Shown: positions 11,001-22,500 of the stretch, piece by piece
Position numbering within the stretch: position 1 is the first letter of the stretch
Layout of the letters: every line of letters begins with the position of its first letter
From: Camelus ferus
Lineage: Eukaryota
Length of the DNA stretch: 64,000 bases
NCBI RefSeq assembly: GCF_009834535.1
Contig: NC_045696.1
Span: 58,034,001-58,098,000, forward strand
Direction: 5' to 3'
Notes under the pieces: generated by a model
The model's input: the letters and a program-made list of their open reading frames with translations, nothing else
Database searches by the model: none
What the model was told of the DNA's origin: nothing
Made by a program: the position numbers and the translations under genes

Positions 11001-13949
11001 TAGAAATATCAAACAAATTAAGAAAAAGTTAGATATGTCATGAATGCATAAAATATATGTAGATGTACGTATAATACATACAATATACAGAATATGTGTT
11101 AGTCAGCAGCTCATGTTATAGATAAGGCTTCCGGTCATCAGTAGGCTATTAGTAGTTAAGTTTGTGAGGAGTGAAAAGTTATACACAGATACTTGACTGT
11201 GCAGGGGGTTGGCGCTCCTAACCCCGTGTTGTTCAAGCTTCATCACAAGTGTATGTAACTCACTTACAGTCAACAATGGAGACGAACAAGCTGACTGGGG
11301 TGGTTACTGCTGAGCGAGTTTGAGGTAAACGCATAATTCTCTGGGCCATTTTATCTTCCATGTGTATACCCTAGTCATTCACTGCAAAGTGTCCTTTTTC
11401 CTCTTCAGTGATGGAAACTTACTGCTTTCAGAGCAAAATGTGTTAGCTGATGCCCATGTTTGGGCATTTTAGGATATCTTGTTTTCCTCCAGTGGCCTAA
11501 GCAGTAAGTCTCTCAACTTTATTGAGCCTCAGCTGTATACCATGTGCCAGCAATAGAGCAATACAAAGATGAATAAATATGTCCCTTGCTTTTGAGAAGC
11601 TTGGTTCAATAACTGTAATATGGTGCTGTGATAGAAATATATGTCAAGTGCTATTAAAAATAAGGCAGGTTCCTCAGGGAAATGAGGCAGTAAAGAGTAT
11701 AATAAAATTTAACATAATCATCGTCAGCATCACAGTAAGATTTAAAAGCTATTTTAACTTTTAATTAAATTAAGCAAAAAGTCTTCTATGATCTGTTTTT
11801 ATTTGAGTTAGCCAAGAGATCAGGAAGGGAAGATGGCAGTGGAATTATTTCATGGTGATTTACTTTGCTAAGAACATGGTAGATGAATGTAACATCTTGT
11901 ACCCTTTTTGTCTCCCTAAAATCAGATGTATCAGAAGAACTAGACGCAGATCTCTCTCTCAACGGAAGATCAGAAGAAGTGGAGAATGCTCCCAAAGAAC
12001 ATGAAAACATTTCCTCTTTGGTTGCATTTGAAAATGTCATGGCAAATATCACTGATATGATATTAATCCTGTTAGTTGAGAACATAAGCGGCCTGTCCAG
12101 TGATGACTTTCAAGTGGAATTAATAAGGGACTTTAATGTTGCTGTAGTTACCTTTCCAAAATACTTTGGTAAGATCGACTGATGCTCCATTTGCCAGCCT
12201 TCTTTGTGCTACCCTTTGGGATTTGGGACACCCAGCTTAGGGTGAAAGCTTGACTCTTTCTAGTTGCTAGTAAGAGAGGCCTCCAAGTTAATACAGGCGC
12301 TTTCTTATTTTGAAAGAGAAGCAAATTTGTTTTGAAACCAAATTCTGGTATGTTTAGTAAATCAGGCTTTACTGTATGTGTTATGTGTGTGTGCATGTGT
12401 GTGTGTGTGCGCGCGCGTGTGAAAGAGAGAGACAGAAACACACAGATAATGCACCCAGATAGAAATCTAAAGTCTCAGGTTATTAAAGTGATTCCCAGTG
12501 GAGGAGTCAGTGTTTTCCCATATGTTATCCCACTGTGGGGAGTAAATATTGATCTGTGTTACTAAACTGGGCTTACTGGAGGGTAGCAATAATGACAGCA
12601 AACACTCACATAGTGTTACCATAAGTCAGGTACTACACTAAGCTTATTCCATGTATTGATTTATTTGTCCCTCTCAACAATCTTTTGAGTTTATTATTAT
12701 TATTATTATTCCTCACCTTATGGTTGAGGAGACAGAGACACAGAGATGCTAATAAATGGAAGCACTGGATTTGAACCGAGGTGGCCCACCTCTATACAGT
12801 CTCTTCTCTTATCCCCTTGACCATATATTTCCTTAGTACTTCCACGGCAGTCACCTGTGCAGGGGTGAGTAAGTGCATGTGGTGCAGAAAATGGGTGCTC
12901 TTTAAGTCTGTGTGAGGAGTCTGTGGACAGTTTCTGAGATGATGGAAGAGTTATCTCCGGAAGACAAGGAAATTTTCCAATTCCGAGCCCTCACTAGCCC
13001 ATGGCCATGGCAGTGGAGTGGCTGATTAGGAGCACAGGTCATGCAGTCAGAATTCTAACCCCACCGTTTAACTAACTATCTGAGGTTAGCCAAGTTACTA
13101 CCTTCTGTATGCTTTACTTTCCTCATCTATAAAATGGGGACAATAATACCTACTGATAACAGTTTCCATGAAGATCAAATGAGATGATGTTTGAAAAGCC
13201 TTTAACATTGTACCTGACACGTGGTAAGGACTCAATAATGGGAGCTATTCTTATCTCAAATTTAGTGATTATTTCTTATAAAGGGAAAACTAAGTTGACT
13301 TGCTTTAGTTTATTGATCAAAAATCTTGATCTTGAATACCTACTATGTGCCAGACACTTGTCTAGGTGCGATACATACAGAGATGAATAATTCTTGGTTC
13401 CAGGTCTCAAGGAACTCCTATGGGGTAGGGAGGAAACCCATATGTAAGTGAATAATGAAGATGCAAGAGGAGAAGCTGCTTCCATCAGCTGTGAACAGAA
13501 GGCTGTGCAGAATGGGAGGAAAGGGGACCCAAACATGGTGGCTTGGTTTTCTTGAAGTTCATACTCCAGCAGTCTCAGGCTGTTAGATCTCAGATGTGCC
13601 TTGTTGTTTCATGCCGCTGCTGGTCCCTCTGCCTGAAATGTTTCCTTCTCTGATCTGTCTGGCAAACTCTCTTCATCCTTCAAAACTCAGAGCAATGACT
13701 ACTTACTCTGGGAATCCTTATCTGATTTCCCAGTATTAGTCTTCCCAAGTCATTTGATCCCCAAGTAGAATATTTGTTTGCTTTCAAGACTTCCTGCCTC
13801 TTGGATGGTGAGATTTCAAGGAACGGTTATATTCATCTCTCTATCCCCAGATCCTAGTACAGTGCCTGGTATATCATGGGCCCACTACCAATATTTATTA
13901 ATTTGAAAGAGATAATTGGGCTGAGTCCTGAAGGAAGGACAGGACCAGG

Positions 13950-13987
<38 letters not shown>

Positions 13988-16566
13988 CTGGAGAAGGGCA
14001 TTTTCGGCACAGGAAATTGTATATACAAAGGCAAAGGAGAATAGAGTTTTCAAAATAATGACTAGTTTTGTGGCAATATGGGAAATAAAGTGAATGGTAG
14101 GGAATAACCAGAGGTGATGTTTAGAAACCAGTTGGGAGTCAAATAGCCAAGGTCATTGTAAATCTGGCTAAGGAGTGTGACCCATACCTGCAGACAGTGG
14201 GGAGCAAGTGAAACGAGGAGATTTGTACTGCAGAGAGAGCACTCAGGTGGTGGTGCCAGGCAGGTAGTGGAGAGGGCTGGGTCAGGGCAGGGACTCAGCT
14301 CAGTGTCAGTGATCTAGGTAAGACATTCCTGTGTGCATTGCCGTTCGGAGACTGGAAGCTTTAGGCATGTAGGATCTCATGTGGGAATTAAAATCTTCCA
14401 TTTAAAAATCACGTGCTTAGCCTCCCCCTTTATCTCAATTAATAGACAGTTTCTTCTCTATAACATAAAGATATAATCATAATTTTCTGATTGATTAATT
14501 GATTATTGTTTGTAGATGCCGTGAAATTTGTTGATGACTGTGCCACATACCATTCAGTGAAAAAATTTCAGCTTTCTGCAAGACTCCTGGAAGTGACAAA
14601 AACAATCAGGGTGGAAAACCTGCCGCCTGGTGTTGATGACGATGATTTGAAATGTTTATTTGAAAATCCCCATAATGGAGGGGGAAGAGTTGCCCACATT
14701 GAATGTTTTCCTGAAGAGAGTTCATCTCTGATTGAATTTTTTGACAGAAAAGGTAATATCTATTAGCCTGATTTTGTCAACCTTAACTGGCATAATCTAA
14801 GCCATTTTAGCAGATCTTAACAGTTCTCAGTTGAATTCTGATGTATTTTATTTTTTATTCATATATTTTATTGGAAATCCAGCTAGTAATCCTGTTTACC
14901 TGGTATATGATGCTTAATGAATCCAGTGATTCAAACTTTAGAGAAGCAACATCAAGTTTTTGAAAGCTATAAGGAGATTCTCTCATGAGTCTCTACTTAT
15001 GGACTGAAAAATATTTAATTCTTAGAGTATTTGAGATATTGTATTTAAACAGAGGTGGCCTGTGTTTTAGCTATACACTCGGTAGAGATTTTCAAGTTAA
15101 TTTCAACAAGGTTAGGTAAAGAAATACTCAGAAACACATACAATTCCCATGAAGTATCACTGACTTCCCCTTTCAGTGTCGGTGTCATCATTCAGAAATT
15201 AACAGGGGCAGTTTCACATGATCAGTGGATGACTGCTGGCTTGTTCTTTGGCATCACCCTGTGAAAACCACATCCAATTGAACCTTAGGGAAACACTTCT
15301 GAGGATTTCGTAGACATAGATTGCCAGTTCTCTGAGGCATGTGCGAGGTCAGCTTGGAAATTCCACTGATGTTCAGAAGTCAAGACTGAGGAGTAGGAAT
15401 TAGGGAGTCAGACTTCTTAGGGAAAGAAAGAACATTGTGACTGAGGGTGCATGAGGCAGGATCCTGTGGTATGCCAACCACCTGAGATAAATTTTTTCTT
15501 GGGGGTACTTGGAAGAACCTCCTTCAGTTTTGATGAGCTGGGGAAATGGCAGAGAAGGTATGGTTTGGATTAATATGGAATGAAAAACCTACTGTTCCTT
15601 GGGCAAAGAGACAAAAAGGAGCATCTGTTGTGTGTTCTTTAAATCTCTTAACCTAGCCTTGGGCCTGAGGAGAGAGTTATGTAAAGCTATCCACTCTAGA
15701 AGTTAACCTCCCAGCTTATGGTGGGAGCTGACAACTTTGGGGCTTTCAAACATGTCAAGGGCATGGGGCAGTTGGGTATGTCCTCAGAATGTCTATGTTA
15801 CATGTGTACGAATAATAGTAGGAAATTTTAAATTCAGGTGTGTTTTAGGCTAGAACAGCACCTGTGAACATCAGGCAGGCTCACATTGCCCTTTGCCCTA
15901 ACCTCTTTGCACCATCGGACTGTGTTGACCACGCCTCCTCCTCTACGTTCACTCCCTGTTCTCCGTGGTCTGAGATACCCTGACTTTCCCTTTCTCCCTC
16001 TGGCTATGCCTTATAATTATGGCTTACACTGGCATAGCTCTGAAGGGTGCTACCAAGTGCATTCACAGACAGTGCTTTAGGGACATTGCTATTATTGTCA
16101 TCCCTATTTTATAAATGAAGAAACTGAGGCACGGAAGGTCAGATAACTTGACCAAGGTTACACAACTAGTAAGGGACAGAGCCAGGATTTGAATCTGGGA
16201 AGTCTGGCCCCACAATCTGTGCTCCTAACTTCTGCACTTTTCCCCAATCTCCTGTTCATCTATAACATTAATTTTTCTTGTAGGATATTTCATCACTTAC
16301 AATGAGTTACCAGTAATGAGGAAAATGTAAATAACGCTGGATTAAAACCAGAATTTATTTAGCAATATTGTATTTTATATAGATTATTTGAGAGGAATAA
16401 ATTAGGCACTTTACTCTGAAATTATTCGGTCCAGCTTCACAAAATCTGATTCACAGTCTCAAGGAAGGGAACTCTTATTGAATGCCTGTTATGTATGAGA
16501 TCTCTTGCTGTGTTTTCTGCCACAGGTATCTCACCAAATACTCATAATAACCTGCATGGTTATATA

Positions 16567-16599
<33 letters not shown>

Positions 16600-19500
16600 A
16601 GAGGAGGAAACAGGATGGAGAATGTAAGACACATTAAGGTGACATCTGTGATGGTTCTTGGGTCAGACAGACCTGAGTTCACATTCCTGGGTTTGGTGCT
16701 TACTAGCTTTGTGATCTTGTGGAGGTTCCTTGCACCCCCCAAACCTCTATTTTTCACCTGTAAAAGGGGGCTCACATTACTACTTACTGCAGAGGAATCT
16801 TGTTGTGAGGATCAAATGAAATTGCACCTGCAGAGTGCTTGGCACATGGTGGATACTCAGTGGTGCTGCCCAGGCCCAGAGCCTGTTCCAGGCCATGGTG
16901 GGACCTTGGAACCATGTGTCTGGGCCTATGAAGGCCACGTTCTTTTCATTAGGTCTGGCTCCAGGCCTAGGAACCAATCACATACAAGGTGAAGTTATTT
17001 TTAACAACTTTTCACAAGGTGGTATTTTAATCTGAGTTGTTACTGAGGTTCGTTCTGATTCCCTTCCTGCTTAGACCTCTTGTATCTGTCTTATAACTAA
17101 CACAAAGTGAAAAGGGGCTTTGGGGAGAGGAGTACCCCTACACCCACACCCACACCCACACGGGCACGTGCGACTGTCCCAGTGAAAGTGGCAGGAAGGG
17201 GATTAGAGCAGGGATGAGGGAGGTGCAGAACGTACTGAATCTGGGGCTGGGCTGTTTGATGACTGTGAGGATCATCTTGGTTTGGAACCCATGGTAGAGG
17301 GACAAGGGCTTTGGAGTCAGACAGACACTGACTTGAATCTTAGCTCAGATATTTATAGTCTGCATGACCCTATTCAAGTTACCTAAGTTTTACTAGATTC
17401 AGCTTTATCATTTATAAATAGGAATGCTAATAATAGTGTCTCTACCTCAAAGGGTTGTTGTGAGGGTTAAATATATGTAAACCACTTGGAATATTGTCTG
17501 ACACACGGTAAGCTATGGTAATTCCTATTATGCGCCTCCCCTTAGGAGTGTTAATGGCATCTAGGTCATCTATGAAATCTAAAACCGTGCGGCTGCACAA
17601 GAAGCAGATAGTGTGACTCCTCGATGAGCTTTGCTCTGAGCACAGAAATATTCTTCACACTGTGGCAAACATTTCCCCACACTGTGACCAAACTCCACTC
17701 TCTTTCTTAACCTGGTGGTGGTGTATCAGTGTTATCAGACACACAGAAAATAGAATTTCTGTAACAAAATTTCAACCTAGAGTGTTCTTGGCTGGAAAGT
17801 AATCATTCCATGAAACAAGGGATACCTGTGCACTGGTAATACACATCAGTTTACTTTTAAGTGCTCTGGGAGTAGTGCCACTTTTTAACAGCATGTGGTA
17901 ACATCAGAGTTCTACAAACATGGGGATTTTTTTCCCTTAGAATAGGAAAGTCTGTTTGCTTGTTTTTTTTGCATCTGAAACATATTACACTGGGATTACT
18001 TTTTTTTTTTATTTCTTTCCTTTAAGTGGTAGACACCATCCTGACCAGGAAACTTGACCTCAACAATATGCCACTCTCTGTGTTCCCGTATTATGCCTCT
18101 TTGGGCACAGCTTTGTATGGAAAGGAGAAGCCTCTGATCAAGCTTCCAGCACCATTCAAAGAATCACTGGATCCTTCCTTATGGAAGTTCTTTGAGAAAA
18201 AGAATTACCTGACTAAGGAGATAAATGATGAAGTGAAACATTGTCACTGTGAGCTAACATGGTGCCAACTCAGTGGTGAAGTGACCATCAGACCTACGGC
18301 CACCTTAGCCAGTCAAGGGAGACTAAGAGTTAAGACCTGGCGGAAAGATGTTTCCACAGTTTTCTCTGGCATCAAGTCTAAATATAAAGTGACCCCGTTT
18401 AAAGTGGAGCCAGTGGTGTGGGATGCCATAAAAAACGATTTAGAAGATGATAGGATTTTGATTGAGTTTGATGCACTCACAGGGATGGTAACCTTAGTGG
18501 GGAAGTCAGAGGATGTACAAAACACTGAGCCACACATCAAGGACTTAATAGAAAGTACCACTCAAAAAATTAAAAGAGAAGAGCAAAGTCTGAAGCAAAA
18601 ACTGGCCATTCCTCCAGGAAAGTATTCGCTTCTGCTGCACAGTGGTGTACAGGAGCATCTCCGCACCGAGTGCCCAGAGATGGAGTTTTATTATGATGAA
18701 GCTTCTCAACACATGTGCTTCAAAGGACTCCCTGAAGATGTGTATAAAGTGAAGTGTGAAATTCAGGAAAAGGTATACACCATGGGTCAGAAAAAGATTC
18801 AGCTTCCCCCTGAGGTTTTCCAGTTTCTGCAACAGGTAGACTGTGTGGAATTCTCTAAGTCTCTTTTTATAACACAGAATATTCTTGCAATTTATGAGCT
18901 AGAGGGCACAACTGTTCTCTTAACCGGCTCTTCTACTGAAGTCCTGTTAGAAGCCGAAAAGCAAATGATCAGTGCCTTAGATTACAAGCTCATCAAAGTT
19001 GAGGACAGGGAAGTTCTTAATGGCAAGAAATGGAGAGGGCTCACTTCCAATCTGCATAAGAAATACAATTCCTCCTCAGAGACTGTCATCATTGATGAGG
19101 TAACTTCAGGAACCACAGCCCAGGTCGTCATCGCAGGCTGTGTGAAAGAAGTAAATGAAATCCATGACTTGGTTTCTGCCTTTGTGGAAAAACACATGAA
19201 AATAGAGAAACTGATTGAAGTAAAGCCTTCCTTAGTTATTGATTATTTAAGGACAGAAAAGCTATTCCGGCAAAAGATCAAGAAGGTAAATGTTCAGGTA
19301 AGTTTCAATCTTGAGGACAAGCAGAAGGGCATTTTGCTAACTGGCTCAAAGGCCGAAGTTCTGGAGGGAATGGACCTTGTCAAACAAGCCTGGGATTCGG
19401 TCTGCGTTAAAAGCGTCCATATTGACAAGCCAGGAGCCGGTCAGTTCTTCCAGGACAAAGCACGGTATTACAAAAGTGAGGTCAGAAGGTTATTTGGTTG

Positions 19501-22500
19501 TCTTATTGAACTCCAGAAGGATGAAGAAAAGGAGGGAGGCAGCACTGGTGGGCAGCGGTGCTTGTTTCGGACAGACCTGGCCCCTGGGGTCTCGCTGATC
19601 GTGCAGCAGGGCGACCTGACGCAGTTTCCCGTTGAGGTGGTGGTGAATGCGGCCAGTGCAGACCTCCAGCTCACAGGTGGCCTGGCTGCTGCTCTTTCAA
19701 AAGCCGCTGGCCCTGAGCTCCAAGAGGACTGTGACCAGATAGTGAAGAAAACAAAGGGCAAGATCTCACCTGGCTGGGCCGTCATCTCAAAAGCAGGAAA
19801 GCTCCCATACCACCACGTGATCCACGCAGTCGGGCCCCAGTGGAAGACAGAGGAGGCCCTGAACTGTATGTGGCAGTTGAAGGGAGCTGTGAGAGAAAGT
19901 CTCCATTTGGCTGTAAAACACAAGTACCAGTCGATAGCCTTCCCTGCCATCAGTTCCAGGGCCTTTGGCTTTCCCTTGCCTCAGTGTGTGGAGACCATTA
20001 TTTTGGCGATCAAGGAATGTTTCCAGTATACCTGGGCTGGATGCAGCTTGAAAGAGATTTACCTTGTGGATGTAGCTGAGAAGACCGTTGAGGCCTTTGC
20101 TGAAAGTGCAAAAACTATATTTAAAAGCACCCTGTCTGATGCTGCTTCCCTGCCCACTTTGCCAGCAGCAGTCCAGCCCAGCTTGAGCAGAGATCATGGA
20201 AACACACCCAGCCTGTTGTCCCCAGAAGGCCTGAGGATCCTTCTGGTGAAAGGAGATGTGCAGAGTGCCACAGTGAGTGCCCCATGTACAGAACACCCAC
20301 CCCGGGGGCTGGGCCTCCAGGGAGCCTGTTGCCAAAGGGCGATTAATATCCAGGGGAGAATCTCACACCCTCCATCCCTGCCTCGAAACAGGTTTCCTTA
20401 GAAAACTGGGCTACTTCCCCCAGGCATTCACTAGTCGAGATTGGCCAATGATCTGTGGGAGCTGATAGCATATTCAGATCACTAATTTCCAGGAAATGTG
20501 AAAATTCACAATTATACCTTACATGGTCAAGGCTCTACACTCTTTCAGTGCCTTGACACCTGTCATATGTTGGCAAATCTCAGGTTAATTACTTGTCAAA
20601 TTTACTGCAGATACAGAAAAATTAGAGCATGAGATGGGGACAGAGGACAGGAATTTTGTCAGTGGCATTGAACCAGGGGGCACTGAGTCTGAGGCACCAT
20701 CATCACCCAATGCCAGTAAGAAAATGTGGGGAGAGGTAGAAAGTGGACCCGACAAAGGTCTGGGTATTATGTAGGGACAATTCTTATAGGTCTGCCAACG
20801 TGGGGGGGGGGTGACATGTTTTTTTAAAAAGGTATTTAGCAACCTTTTCAACACAGACTCTGACTAGTCAGAACAGCCCTGGGAGCCCCCTGCTGTGCCA
20901 AGTGTGCCGTCCTCAGCTGGGGACCTGTGGGCAGTCCTAGGGCAGGGATTCCTAGGGAAGGCCGTTTGCATATCTTCTTTGGAGAAAAGTCTGTTCACAT
21001 CCTTTGCCCACTTTTTAATAGGGTTCTCTTTTCTGAAACTGAATTCTAAGATTTCTATATATATTCTGGATATAGATCCCTTACCAGATAGATAATTTGC
21101 AAATATTTTCTCTCATCCTGTGGATCATCTCATTTTTTGTTGTTGTTCAAGTTGTTAGTTTGTTTAAAATAATTTTTGTTTTAGTTTAAAATATGGAAAG
21201 AGACTATAAAAAATTAGATTTCTACTTACAGTAAGCTTAAATCCCGACTACAAGAATGATAGTGAACACTGCCTGTTTGCTCTGCGCCAGGCACTATGCT
21301 AAGTGCTTGGGATGCATTTTCTGATTCAATGCTGTGGGGCAGATTCCAGGAGTGTTATTATTCTCATGTCACAGGTGAAGGAATGAGATTTAGAGGGGTT
21401 AAGTGATTTGCCCAAGTCCCACAGCTAACAAATGACAGAGCCAGGATTGGGATGTTCATTGCACTATTTCAAAATAGTAAAAGTAACTTTGTGTCTCATT
21501 TTAAAAACTAAACAAATAAAGAAAAAAACTCTTTTGACCAAGGGTCAGTAATTGGAATGAGTTCTGATCCCTGTCCACCTTGAACACTAACAGTAAGACA
21601 TTCCTTCCATGCCTTTCACTCCCATAGATTTGTGGCTTCTGATGCTACAGCACCTGCTTCACATCACTCTTCTGTGACCCACGCGGGGCAGCTTTGAAGG
21701 TCACTTGGTCACGTTCCCTCTCCAGTCTCCTCTTGGTGTCTTAGTCAAGCCTGATTAATCTGCTCACCTTAACTGTCCTGCTGAAAAAGCTTCCCTGGCT
21801 CTTCACTGCTGTCAGGCAGGCCCGGCGGCTGGGCACCCGAGACCCTCTGCAGTCCACCCTCAGTGTACCATTTCTGGCCTGACTGGCACCATTTTGCTGC
21901 AGAAGCTCTCTATCCAGGTCAAACTAATTTGCTTGCTGCTCACAATCGACCACGCTTCCGTTCATGTGGTTGCCCCTCCTGAACGACCTCCCTGTCTCTC
22001 TCTGCCTGCTGCAACTGTTCCCACCTCTCAGACCCCACATCCCTCATGGCGTCTTCATGAGCCTTCAGTGTTCCCATGCCATTTATGCATTGCTTTTTGA
22101 CGACTCTCTTTTGTTCTGGAGGGTTATTTAAACAGGTATCTAATAACGCTTAGTCTCAAGGTGGTATTTCAATCTCTGAAAAGTTAATCATCTTAGTTGT
22201 CCTTCATTGTGCCAAGCCCAGTGGCTCAAATATAGAAATCCTTGTTGGATGTTTTTCTTAGACTTTGAAACAAACTGTTGGTTTTGTCTTCAAGACCGAT
22301 GTCGTTGTCAACTCCATTCCCTCGAATCTTGAGCTCAACAGAGGGCCCCTTTCCAAGGCCCTCTTAGAAAAAGCTGGGCCAAAGCTTCAGGAGGAATTGA
22401 ACACTGCTGGACAAGGGGTGTCTGCTGGCACGGGCACGGTCCTCCAGACCACTGGCTGCAATCTGCCTTGCCGCCGTGTGCTTCATGTGGTGGCTCCGGA

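Noticed and set aside
19468..20335. Long antisense ORFs (160 and 182 aa) opposite exon 6
   Set aside because: Shadow ORFs of the coding strand with no recognisable protein features.
18026..20401. 791-aa ORF as a standalone single-exon gene
   Set aside because: It is PARP14 exon 6 plus 43 codons of intron read-through. It starts at a GTG overlapping the acceptor, and a consensus donor sits at 20273.
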